In this document: in pieces, positions 1 to 12,800 of the stretch | Layout of the letters: every line of letters begins with the position of its first letter | How positions within the stretch are numbered: position 1 is the stretch's first letter | From: Nageia nagi | Lineage: Eukaryota > Plantae > Pinophyta | DNA length: 64,000 nt | Direction: 5' to 3' | Assembly: GCA_050084985.1 (NCBI GenBank) | Contig: JBITNC010000001.1 | Location: 205,158,001 to 205,222,000 of the forward strand | Program-made: the position numbers and the translations under genes | Notes under the pieces: generated by a model | Seen by the model: the letters and a program-made list of their open reading frames with translations, nothing else | Database searches by the model: none | Told to the model about the DNA's origin: nothing

Positions 1-1480
1 TAAATAAAATCAACCATAAAATTTCATGCCTTATGTACAAAAAGGATAATCTATTTCTCAAATAATTCCTTTACAACAAATGCCTCAACAAAAATAGATT
101 CAAATAATGTCACATCAATATCAAACTTCATATCAACAATCACAAGTTCAGTTACAACAACCCATATTTCAAAATAGGTATTTACCTATTCAACAACTAA
201 ATTCACTAGTTATTCAACCATATCAAAATCAACAAGTGGTTCTTCAATTTCAACAACAATCATATACTCAACAACCAAATCAACAAGCTATATCTTATCC
301 CTAAGTGCTAGGTAAATTACCAAATTTAGATCTTCCTTTTAATTGGGTAAGTCAAATTGTAGGAGATCTCAATCATCATAGAATGATCTATTATTTCACC
401 ACTTCATTTGTCCCAACTCCAAGATGATCTAAAAATCTAATTCAAAAAATTAATTATCACTTTTCTCATATGAAGTCAAGATTTTTTTCATCACCTCCAC
501 GTGAAAGTTTGACATGACAATTACCTTAGAAAATCTTACAAACTCATCTTCCACAATTTCAAATTGATAAATCCAATCCATATTTTTTGAACAATATCAT
601 GATGATAAATATGTAAAAATGCTATAGAGAAACCCATGTAAAGTTATGTCTCAAGTATTTTCATTACCTATGAAAATACAAGAGAAAATAGCTATGTCTT
701 ATTACAATGATCGAAACTTTGAAGCTTAGGTATTAAAACATAATGGGTATAAAGTAACTATTGAAATAGATGGCAAAAAAATATGGATGGAATTAGAGTC
801 AGAAATGAGTTTAATTCATTTGTTTCATATACATTAGCCTTATCAATGACCTAAAATTTCCCTAAATTGTTTTGATCATGTGAACATAAAGTATTGGGAA
901 TGAATCATATCACTTTTTAACATTGTTAATGACTTAGTAATTAAAAATAATACTTCTACAATCTCCAATCATGATATTATATGTGATTACACTTCACTTT
1001 TTAGTAAAACATGTTGTATCAATAATGCTATAAATAAAAAATTAAGATTTAAAAGGACACTTCAATGACTTAATTTATGAAAGAAAATAAAACATGAAGT
1101 CTATCCTACACATATTGAAAAGGATCACATGGATCAAACCATAAAGAATTTACAACCATGTTCACCATTATTTTTGTGTTTCCATTATTATGCATAGTCA
1201 AGTACACCATCACCTACTAAATTCTTTAATATTGGTAAACAATATTTAGATTCATCCATCAAACAAAGAGTTATCCAAAAGTATAAATCAAAACCAAAGG
1301 TATTTCAAGTGTTGTCACCACCATTAATTATTTATCACCCAGACATCAACCATCTATTCTTGGAATAGGGCCATATTATCTTCAATTGAATCCTCCATAT
1401 TATTATGTTTTGAAATAAAGAGGTTAGAACGTTGTTAAAAGATCATCCCATAATATTTGAAAGACTAAAAAAAAAATTAT
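1..1480 (+). pseudogene. Decayed ORF of unknown function with a Q/P-rich N-terminal part, probably TE-borne
   Basis: The frame of ORF 107..304 reads on through isolated TAA/TAG/TGA stops (...QQPNQQAISYP*VLGKLPNLDLPFNWVSQIVGDL...). After one frameshift near 590 it continues EQYHDDKYVKML*RNPCKVMSQVFSLPMKIQEKIAMSYYNDRNF... to ~1480. No family recognised. Confidence 0.4.
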
Positions 1481-2869
1481 ATATACATATATATTATTTA
1501 TACTTAGAAGTATATAATTCTAAAGTGTCTTAGCTATAGGGTGTGCTATCCTATATATATATATCCCATTATTAAATTAGGGAATGTTATCCTTATTTGA
1601 TGAAAACTATGATAATTTAGATCACTTATCAATTTATATTTATATATTCTCCCATTTATTTATACCATTTGTACACATATTACATCACATATGTATGATT
1701 AACATAATATTGTTTAAAATTATCATCCTTGTAGCTTCTATTATGACATTTGATATCTAAATTTTAGTCAATTTAAATATGATAGATAAACATGTTTGAT
1801 ATCTTTAGAATATCATGAACTCAAACACTATTCTCACTTTTAAAATCTCAAGACAAATAGACATTGAATATTTTGAAGTATAGTTTTAAAGGAAATATTC
1901 TCCCATTATTTCTCTTCATCCTAAATAGTAAAAAAAAAAAGAGACTACAAAAAATAGAGAGAAAAGAAAAAAAAAAATGTTTGGGTCATTGCAGTATCCT
2001 TTATTGGGGCTATGGATGCTTGACTAGCAATAGAGCAAGGCTATAGTGGGATCTAGGGGTTAATCCTCATTAGGGCTATGGATGCATATCTGGTAATGAG
2101 GCATACCTAATGAAGAGGCAACATGTCCAAAGAAATTTTGACCATTGTATGCACATAAGAAGAATTGAATTTAAAATTATGATTTTAAAAATATTTAATT
2201 TATGGATGTCTAGAGAAGTAAATGAATATCACCATGCACACATGGGTTCAAGATAAACTTCTAACATTATGATTATATTTTATATCATCTCTAATTACGT
2301 AAATTAAGGTAAAAGAAATATCGATAAAGCTAGTTCATTGATTGTTTCTTTAATCATGTTATGTTATCAATATTATCCATAAATCCCAATATAAAATTAT
2401 CTTATTATTATTTAAATTGATAAGTGATCTTGTTGTTCTAGTTATCTTCTATATTTGTATACTATTTCTATCATATATTTATTTATATACATACATAGCC
2501 AAGAAATAGAAAATGATGCATTTGATTCCGCACTATTATGCTTAAAATATGTCATGTAAAATTTTATTTACAAAAATTTTATTGTCTAGTATTTTATATA
2601 ACCTTTATGATAATAGCATCAAAACATTTGAACATCATTTAATATATGAAGTCATCATAAACTTGAATATATAATCATAAGAAAAGATATCATCATATAC
2701 CTATCTACCAATATAAAACTACACATGACATCATCCCAAATATCCTCAACTACTCAATCATATAACATATCAAATCATAACATCTCAAATTACATCATCT
2801 CATAAAAAATATAAACATATAAAAATACATGATCTCATAAAGTATATAGTCTCATCATCATGATAAAAA

Positions 2870-4260
2870 TACAATATGGGCATCCTCATGGATTACCCCA
2901 ACCACCAGATCCTCCTTAAGGACTACTCCAACCACTACCCTAACCTTGAGAACTATCATAATCTCTCTATGATCTGTTTGTCTCTCTAGTGCCGTGACTA
3001 AGAGTAATACCAATAAATCTTATAGGATTGGCTAGTCATGTAGCCCCCCGTAACTCTAATGATCTCATAATACCCTAGGAGGATGCCCAAGGTGTAGTAC
3101 CCCTATCAAGAGAGGCTCTTGATCTCGCTATCCTACTTGAAGAATCTACCATCCCCTGAACACTACTACTAGCTTGATAAGTAGATAAGTCAATAGGCAT
3201 ATAACTTAATGGAGGTATGGAATAATGCACTCTAAATGAAAATGCTGGTACACCTATAAACCAAGTTTGAATAATAGCACTATAATAATATCATTGCTAA
3301 CAAATGCTATGAATAAACATAAAATATATACTCTCTATACCCCTAAGAGTAGGTGCTACTCCCATCTGATGAGCCTGAACTCTTTGTAGTTATGCATGAG
3401 CCTCATCCCTCTCTTAATGATATTAATCCCTCTCAGCACTATATTTATACATGCATGAGTTGGCCTATGCTAACTGATATTTGAGCTCATAAATATCACC
3501 TAGTAAAGTATCAATACTAGGGATTTGAGTCATCAAGATATCAACTCTATCATCATCATCTCTTATTGGGGCAACTCCCTCCTTAGTTAGACTCATTGCT
3601 CTCTCCTCCAAAATAAAATCTATAGTAGCATCTATCATCCTCTCCTCTCTCTCACCTATGGTGACACCCACCTCCTCAACATCATCAACATGCTAAAGAA
3701 TGCATCTACCCTCTCCATCATTATCATCACCCTTTAACTCAACATGCCACCAAGCTTTAAACTCCTTATTAATGCTAATATCATCTACCCTAGTATCATC
3801 CTCAATTAATGCCTCCTCCTAGGTAAGATCTAACTCTGCATATACCAAAGATTGAGCACCATCCATTGGGATGGTACCCTCATGCTGATATAGCACTAAC
3901 AAAGGTGGAATGTCTTAGACGAAACCAAATTGGTTATGTACTTTACCAAATTAAAAAAACTCAAGAAAATTTGTTTATATGCCACTTAATACATGTGGCT
4001 ATCAATACTAGTAATCTCCCCTACAAGCTTAGCCCAAACTTGATAAAAGTGATAAGGTCTAAACCTCACCTGATCTAAAACTAATTGAGCTAGGATACAA
4101 TGGTAATAGACCACATATCACCTAACATCATCTGATGGATGAACATAAAATCATCATGCCATCAAATGATACCTTCCTCATACTCTAAATGGCTACCAAA
4201 ACTAGCCATAGGTAAGCTTGAAGGGTGAGCTATAGAAATATGCTTGTAAGCCCATGCCTT
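2870..4260 (-). pseudogene. Plant mobile domain (PMD, aminotransferase-like) protein relic: C-terminal half plus acidic/coiled tail
   Basis: Minus-strand translation from 4260 gives KAWAYKHISIAHP (cf. PMD LQxWAYEHxxxxRP), then LDQVRFRPY and KVHNQFGFV*DIPP (cf. RVxRQFGxxQxIP). Includes ORF 3465..3671. Confidence 0.75.
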
Positions 4261-4261
4261 T

Positions 4262-4660
4262 TATGATGAAGAGGGTTATAACAAGACCCTCTACTAGCAA
4301 GTGCATTAGCTATTTATTTGTACCTCCTAAAAATAGATATAAAATTGATAGCCAAAAATGACTTCAATAAATCCTAGATTATATTCTTATAGGTCTTTAG
4401 ATAGTGATGTTTTGTACTAATCTAGTTTCTAACTTACTTTATGACCAATTCTGAATCACCATGGATAATTAGACATCTGATGCCCATACTAATTACTTTA
4501 GCTAACCTTGGATAAAGGGATTCATATTTTGTAGCATTATTTTTACAAATCCATGTGAATCTGAATGAGAATCTCTTCATATGTCCCTCTAGAGACTTGA
4601 ATACAACTCCAGCTCTAGATCCATGCTTACATCTAGTTTCATTAAAGTACATTTTCCATA
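4262..4660 (-). pseudogene. Archaeal-type RNase H (aRH) domain of a Tat-lineage Gypsy element
   Basis: ORF 4434..4652 MYFNETRCKHGSRAGVVF...CKNNATKYESL...IIHGDSELVIK continues *VRN...YK*IANALASRG. This matches the aRH pattern MYFDG..GAG..TNNxAEYEAL..GDSELVIxQV..NxxADALA. Confidence 0.85.
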
Positions 4661-4899
4661 TCTCATGCTTTATTTCAATTGTGATAGAAATTATCTATGC
4701 ATTATCATATGAGCAGTAGTTTTCCATGCCAACATCCATGACCTGATAGTTCAAGCTATTTGCTAAATGAATTTTAGTTTTTAGGAGTGTTTCTCTTATT
4801 ATATCTCTTTTAAATACTTCCATAGGTTTAGGATCATTCATATAGTTATGCTATGTGATCTTCTTAAGATGAACACTTTTGGTGCCCTCATTTAGAATT

Positions 4900-5280
4900 T
4901 TTATTTATTTATTTTGGAAGGGAAGTAAAAGATGAGAATAATCTAAAGCTAGGTACCCTCCCAATTTAGTAGTGAATTCTTTGGATAAACATGTTCCAAA
5001 TAGAGGTGGAAGATCAATAATAATGATATCTTGAATGACACAAATATCAAGGAATGCATTAAGGGTTATTGAAAATCCTTTAATACTACTGATAATATCT
5101 ATAGAGAAAAAATCTAAATGTATGACACCATCAATGCATTTGGTAATATACAAGTTCATTTCATTTGCAACAACAATAGGAATCATGGTAATAATAGCTC
5201 TAGTATCTATCATACAGTTATTGACCACCCAACCTTTTAATCAAAGGGAAAGATAGAATGGTGGGGTCTTCTTATACCTA
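4900..5280 (-). pseudogene. Gypsy aspartic protease (degenerate)
   Basis: ORF 4905..5228 VNNCMIDTRA...IIIDLPPLFGTCLSKEFTTKLGG has a degenerate DSGA active-site motif. Confidence 0.8.
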
Positions 5281-5299
5281 TGGGAGTTTGGGGGACATC

Positions 5300-7250
5300 A
5301 TTAAATATTGCAAAAATAACATTTCCTTCACTTACCCTTTTTTATGTTTCTTTAGTTTTAAGGCTTCTTGCAAGAGATCTAATTGAATTGGTATCTTTAA
5401 TGCATCAAACATGGTCATCTTAGAAGGAGTTTTCTTTAGTTCTTCCATAATATTTAATGGAGCATATGGGATAGAATTACTTGATTTAGTTGGTTGATGT
5501 GCTTTGAATTGTTGAGTGGCCTTCTCTTTATGATGATTTGTAATGAAAGGATATCTTAATAGATTAGGCCTCTCTTTCTCTAGGACTTCTTTTCTAGTAG
5601 CAACGAGATTTGTTTCAGCAAAGACATTAGTACCTAGATTTTGAAAAACATTATTAGGGATTGATTTTATTGATGTTATAGTTGGACCAAAGGAGCCTTA
5701 ACTTGTTCAGGTTCAGGTTGTATTAGAACAAATTATTGATTTTTTTGAGAGATTTGGGGTTGTGGGGTAATCAAAGAAGAAGCTCTAGTTTAAACATAAT
5801 TAGATTGTTCTCTAGCATATCTTGAAAGCCAAAAATTTACAATGGTGAGATTAGTAGCAAGATATGAAGTAGGCTCCACCATCTAGTTTGAATGTAGGCC
5901 TAAATGTTGGTATTGATATATTGCACATGAGTCCAAAAAATGAGGAGCTAAACATGGAGGATACCATTCTATAATGCTAGGAGCATCACTTTATGTAGAA
6001 CTTGCCATAACAACATTTTCAATTGCTTTTAGTACAGTTGGTTGTTCTACCTAGTTTGCCTAGGTTGGAATATAGGCTAATACTAATTATCATATCTTTT
6101 GTAGTTGAAATATTGATTTTTCCTTTCTTGTAGAGTGAGCTTATTGGTAAGGTTTCTAATAGTCACCTCCAATTTTCTTATTCTTTCCTCCTCTAGATAT
6201 TTAGAATCCACATTTGTACTATTAGATGGAGGTGCAGGTAGTGCTAGTATTTGATTCAGAAGAGTAGGTTTAGGAGGAGGTGGTAAGGCTAGAAATCAAG
6301 GATGAGTAATTTATGGAGCTTATTTAGGTGGTAAACTAGGAAATAATGGCATAATAGTCCTTGGTTACATATTTCCAAAGTATACCAGAGTATGTTTAGA
6401 GGTCTTAGTAGTTTGGTAAACATTTAGCAAAGTATCTCCTGACATAACAATAAGCATATTACGATCTAGGAGAAAAGATTTCCTATAGTACACCAGAGCT
6501 TATGCATTCATTGGTCTAATCCTTATTGGAATGAATTTTCATGTTCTCTAAAATATGATATTGAAATCATCTATGGATTCATGAGGGTGTCTTCTAATAC
6601 ATACTATAAGACTAAGGGAGGTGCTATCATCACCATCTGCAGCAAATCTTTTAATCAAAGCTTGACACAACTCTCCTTATGAATTTATCAATTGAGAGTT
6701 AAGAGTTCTAAACTATTTATCAACTTTACCTTCAAAAGAGTGTGATAATAACCTAGACATCACCATTTTATTAGTGATATCAAATCTTAAATCCAATAAA
6801 GATACATCTTGACAATGTTCATATGGTCTCTTACCAGACCCATCATATTTGGAAAAAACTTTGAAGGCTACTTGAGGGATTGGAGGTGAATTGGTGGCAA
6901 CCACCAAAGGATGTCCATTATTCTAAGCAAAAAAATTAGTAGGTTGATTCATGCTTGAAGTGGTTGAATTAGGTGAAGGATTTTCTAGGGTTGAATTTAA
7001 AATAGCTAATAATGGGATAGCCTTTAAGGGAATTACAAGGGACATAACCTAGAAAATATTTTATCTAGTCCTTCTTTTAAAAATTGATAGCTCTTGAAAT
7101 CTGGGCTATTTAAAGGAATTTCTATCATTACTTCTAGTAAGTATATGTTTTGGAGGTGCTAGGGTTCAAAATATTGATTGGTTGCTAGCAGAGTCACCAA
7201 TAAGATAATAAGAACCTTATAATGTTTGAATAATGATAATTGATAGCCTA
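5300..7250 (-). pseudogene. Gypsy (Tat) gag relic
   Basis: ORF 6713..6907 KVFSKYDGSG..PYEHCQDV...SRLLSHSFEGKV is a retrotransposon gag start. It lies between the PBS and the protease. Confidence 0.7.
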
Positions 7251-7303
7251 TTAGATATAGCTATCTGGCCTATTTATGCCCACTATATATGGAATTTAGT
7301 TTG

Positions 7304-7322
7304 CATCCCATTGGGCATGCCA
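7304..7322 (-). promoter_or_regulatory. Primer-binding site, tRNA-Arg type (degenerate)
   Basis: The minus strand reads CA-TTTT-TGGCATGCCCAATGGGGATGC directly after the LTR end. It resembles the TGGCACGCCCAGTGGG PBS of Tat/Ogre elements. Confidence 0.7.
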
Positions 7323-7326
7323 AAAA

Positions 7327-8643
7327 TGGAACTTCTATGATTGATCGGTATAATGTAATCTCAAAGGGTTTGGTTTGGTTGAGTTCTCCATTGCCCATAA
7401 CAATAGGTTCCTTAAGAGAGAAAAAAGTGGTGGGGATGTGTTCATGTTAGTTTTCTACTCAATATTCAGGTTGTAGGTCAATTCTATAAATTGTGAAGGT
7501 TGAAAGTAATAGGAAAGAAATAAAAGGTAAAGAGTAACAAGAAAGAGATGAACACATTAAACTAAAAGTAAACAAAAACTATGTAGGTCAGGCATTATAG
7601 CATAGGTTAGAATCCATAACCAAGACAAAGAATAGCTAACTATCTTACCCATGGGGCCTTGTAATCATAACACATAGCACAACTTAATCAATAACATAAT
7701 ATTCACAAAGTGTAACAAACAACCACTTTTTTCAAAGGAAAAAAACATTATCAATTTGCATTATCATACATGAAAGTATCTTACAGACTTGGGAAAAGTT
7801 GCTAAAATGTATGACCTTTAGGACTTATAATAGTTCACTATTTATACATTTACATCCCAACTGAGTAGTTGTCTGTCACTAATATACATAAATATTCCTT
7901 TTGATTGAAAATAATAAGGAAAACTATTTACAATTAATATTACAACTGTGTCAAATTACACAGTAATCAAGTACCAATAGCACCATAGTTTGGGAATTTG
8001 AAATTTCTAAGCCATTGTACTAATTGAACCATAATATTCTTGACTTTTTATTGACTACTTTTTCCTAGTTCTATATCTGATTGAAGATGCACTTATATGG
8101 AACTTGATTGGTATGATCTGACACTATGCTCTATCGATAACTATCTACTTCTCCATAACTTATTAATGATCAACATTGTATTTCTAGTTACATAGAATAA
8201 AGAGGAAAATGAATAGTATATCATTGAAGTCTAAGAAGAAATTGATAGTATCATGTGGAAATGAATTGTATTCAACACATTTATAGAGCCTTGAGGGTCA
8301 AACACTCAAAATCAAGTGGACCTAGGCATTACTTCTTACTTATCATTATTCTTTTAGTCTAGCAAGTTCTATCTCTCCTTGTTGGGCTCTAGTGATGATT
8401 AGGTTGATCTTAGTACCCATGGAGTTTAGGCAAAATGTATGATGTCATCATAATCAATGGGCTTTGTTTGATTGTATTCATGTAGTATTTTCCACTATTC
8501 TTTATCCTGAGACCTACTAATTTCACTCAAAAATGGTGATGTCATTAATGAAAATTGATAGGATGTAATTGATCTACTTGCAATATTTCTTAAAAATTTT
8601 GATTATTGGGTTAATACTTTATGAACAATGGTAGGCTCCAATA
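7327..8643 (-). mobile_element. LTR (~1.3 kb), possibly chimeric
   Basis: On the minus strand it begins TATTGGAGCC (degenerate TG) after a PPT-like GTGGGTGA and ends ...TTCCA before the PBS. 8250-8600 resembles 20575-20900. Confidence 0.6.
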
Positions 8644-9241
8644 TCACCCACTATAGAGCAAATAGACCTTTTGAATTAAAATACTTAAGACTCACATATA
8701 CATAAATAGTTCCTAAATACTAACAATACCCAAAACTCTTTAGACTTGAGATAATATTTACAAAGAGGATAAATACATGTGAAAGGGGATAAGGAAGTGG
8801 GAGTTAAGAATAATTTATTGAAAATTATGAAATAATAAAGAATGCTAGAGCATTACTCCATCCTCATAGTGTAATTTTGGAAGGATATAAGTATAAAATA
8901 GTAATAAAATATACATACTGCTATTAACTAGGAGTGTCAACTCAACCAATGGTGTGAGATAAAATCTACTAATGGTGTGATACCTATCCTTCATCCAACT
9001 TGGTATGAGTGCCTTGATCATAATAATAATACAATTATTGCATGTGAAGTGTTGAAATTGTAATCGGTAAAACCACCAAGTCAAGTGGCCCATCACATCC
9101 ACATGCGAGTCATGTGTGCTAGGTACTTTGAAAAGTTAAAATTTGGCATGATGCTAGAATGAAAACACCTAAAGCAACATATATTTTAGATTGCAATATG
9201 CCATAGATGAAGTTCATGTGGCATATCAGTTACAAGATATT

Positions 9242-9403
9242 AGACTCTAGAGCTTAATGAAATACAAGACTCTAGAGCTAATAGAACACAAGACTATGGA
9301 GCTTAATGAAACCAAAGACTTTGTAGCTAAATGAAATAGAAGACTCTAGAGCTAAGTGAAACACAAGACTATGGAGCTAAGTGAAACATAAGACTCTGGA
9401 GCT
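9242..9403. repeat. 25-bp tandem repeat, ~6.5 copies (AGACTCTAGAGCTAAGTGAAACACA), in the Gypsy 3' UTR
   Basis: Units start at 9242, 9267, 9291, 9316, 9341, 9366 and 9391. Confidence 0.95.
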
Positions 9404-9567
9404 TTTAAAGAGGATACATATTTCATATAACTTTTGAAATGGATGAATGTAGAGATAAAATAGATGAAAATAAAAATATTGGAGTTTATTACTAATGACC
9501 TAACAACTCAAGGAAAACAAAAATACTTAAAACTTAAGAGTCAACCATGTCCTTTAAGATTTTCATC

Positions 9568-9569
<2 letters not shown>

Positions 9570-9602
<33 letters not shown>
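9570..9602. repeat. (TA)n microsatellite
   Basis: Direct reading. Confidence 0.95.
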
Positions 9603-9605
<3 letters not shown>

Positions 9606-9859
9606 TCATGACTATCGATGGGGATGGTTTTCATCTAGACAAGTGCTAGTGACCTAGTTTTCACTCATTTGACTACCATCACAATTAGTTTTCACCATGA
9701 CTCATGTCAACTTTGTTATCAAAATTGACTTATTATCCCTTTTTTGGTGTTGATTAGGTTTGTTTGATAGAGGAAGATGATTCTCTCTTAACCAAACATA
9801 AGTTTTTTTCTTTAAGCTTCTTGCTAAATTCCTCTTTCCTTAATTATAGAGTCTTGTGT

Positions 9860-12800
9860 TGGAGCTGGTAGCCATTTACTAATAAAATTCTTTTGGATCC
9901 ATCAATTGGCTATAGTCACATTATCCCATTGTTGAAAACGTATAAGATTTTTTAGGGACCTAACTAATGTATCTACAATTTCACCATGAAATCCTAGTTT
10001 TGAGAATAAAAAAGAAAGGCCCAAGTTCTAAGATGAAACTAAATATTTTTCAAATTTTTATCATACTAAATTTTCTTATGTGATTGAATGATTTTGAATG
10101 CTAGTTCATCCAATTCATTTAGCTATAATTCATGATTTCTTTCTATACACCAATTCATAGGGAGTGAAGCCAATGGTAGTTTTATAGGTTGTATTTTATG
10201 CCAATAGTGCTTTAAGATGTCTCATTACCTAGTCCTTTCCATGAGAAGTAATGGTTTTAGTCAATATATTCTCTAAACCCCTGTTGGTAACTTCCACTTG
10301 ACAATTGGTCTATGGATTATATGGTGAAACCTTTTGTATTCTAGATATCATAGTGATTCATAAAGTGTTTTTATCATGTTTGAAATAAATTGAGTTACTT
10401 GATTAGAAATCAAGAATATAGGGGCTCCAAATTCTTGCATGATATTATTGTATAAGAAATCGACAACCATTTCTTCCTTTCCTACATAAGGATGCACACT
10501 TCTACCCATTTGGTAGGGTAATTAGTACAAACTAATATATGCTTTTTAACTTGCAAATGAGGGTTTATTGGCCCAAAATAATACATGCCCCAACATTCAA
10601 AATGTTCTAATACCATTTAGGGATGTTGGAGCATTTGTGTGGTGGGGTATTAGTCTTCATGGAATTTGAAATTGGTTGCATTATTACACATAGACTTTTA
10701 TATCCTTATGCATGGAAGGCCAATAATATCCAACCCCAAGAACTTTATGAATTACTCTTCTCAAAGTAGTTCCCTCTAGTTGGATCATCATGGAAAGCTT
10801 TATTACATCAAATACTTCATCATGTATATATCTTTGTAGAACATGATTAGGATAATACTTGAATAATAAACCATCAACCCATTTTAATGTTGCACTTTTT
10901 TTAATCAGGTTCTTTCTTTTTTTTGGAGAAAGATAAGAAGGTACTTTCTCTAAAGCTAAATAGTTAGCCATAAATGCAAACTAAGGGGATTGGGTGAAAA
11001 TAACAAACAACTTTTTATCAAGAAAAGAATCTTCTACAAGATCATCACTACCTACTATATTCACTTGAGATAGAAAATTTACGATCATATTATCTTTATT
11101 AGGTTTGTCTATGATAGTCATATTGAATTCTAGTAGCAATAATAATCATATGATAATTCGACCACTTACCACTAGTTTATTCATTATATACCTAATGGCT
11201 GCATGACTAATATGCACAAAAACCTGATATCCAATGATATAGTGACATAATTTATTAATGGAATAGATCATTGCCAAGAATTTTTACTCCATTATGGTGT
11301 AATTTTTCTTAGCTCCAATTAAATTTTTACTTATGTAAGATATAACATAATTACATTTATTCTCATCTTCTTTCCCTAGTAAAACTCCAATGGAATTGTT
11401 GGAAGCATATATATAAATATTGGTAGCTTCTAATTAGGACATCTTAAGACAAGTGTGGTCATAAATTTATCCTTTATTTCTTGAAAGGATACTTCATAAT
11501 CAACTATCCATTCAAACTTAGTATCTTTATGAAGTAAGGAGAGTAGAGGGGCTATAATATTACTAAAATTTTGGATAAACTTTCTATAATAGCTATCATA
11601 ACCAAGAAATCCTCTTACATTAGTTTGATTTTCTAGAGTATATAGATGCTTGATCACCTCAATATTTTTAAAATCTACCTTGACTCCTTAAGCTGAAATG
11701 TGATGACTCAAAATAATACCTTATTAAACTAACATTAAATATTTTTCATAACTAAGAGAAAGGTTATGAGTTTCACACCTAATTAATAGTTTCTCCAAGT
11801 TATTCAAGGCTTCATTGAAGGTATCCCCATAGATTATAAAATCATCTATGTATACTTCCACATAGTAATTAGTCAAGTCAGTAAACATGACCAACATAAC
11901 TCTCTAGAATGTTGCTGGTGCATTATGTAGGCCAAATGGAAGAACCTTGTAAGCAAAAGTACCCTATGCACAAGTGAAGGTGGTCTTATCTTGATCCTTC
12001 TAAAAAATTTGAATATGATTCCACTAAATCCATTAATAAATGAAAAGTATTTATTTCTAGTGAGGTTATCAAGTACCAAGTCTATGAATGGTAATGGATA
12101 GTGATCTATAAGTAGCTTTATTCAAAGCTTGATAGTCCATATGCATTATTCATATCCCATTTTTCTTTAGTACTATTACTATAGACACCTCAAAATGAAC
12201 CATTATGTATTTAATAAATCATTTTAATCCCTTAATAGATTATTATGTAAAAAGGGATTAATAATGTATAAAAGAGGTGTAGGCCATGTATTTGATCCTT
12301 ATGGAGTGTGCAAGGGGTTGAAATATCAAAGTCATGTAAAATTGTATCATATATAAAGGCATCATTTGATGACCTATAAAATCATGGGCAAATAATCATT
12401 TCAAGCTAATACAAGGATTATCAATTGAAGGTCATTTGAAGGATTGCAACTTGTTATATTTATCTACATCATGCATCTATTATTCTGTAAGTTTGCATGT
12501 ATGAGATTGGATAGACAAAGCCAATTCTCAATAGTTTCTTAATTTATTATTTCATAATATCCTTAAGAGTAGGATTGATTCTCCTTGGAGGTTGGGTAAT
12601 GGGTCTTGAATTGTCAGTATAGATATGATGAGTGCAAACGTCAAGATGGATGTCCTTCATATCATAATACTCCTAAGGAAATACCTTAATATGTGCTTCT
12701 ATGACCTTGAAAGCTTTCTCCTCTTATTTTGTTGTTAATCAACTAATGATATTAAGAGGTTTACCTAGCTATATGTCAAATATCTTGATATCTTGATTTG

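Noticed and set aside
7304-7322. tRNA gene
   Set aside because: Only ~18 nt complementary to a tRNA 3' end, next to an LTR, so it is a PBS. No cloverleaf.
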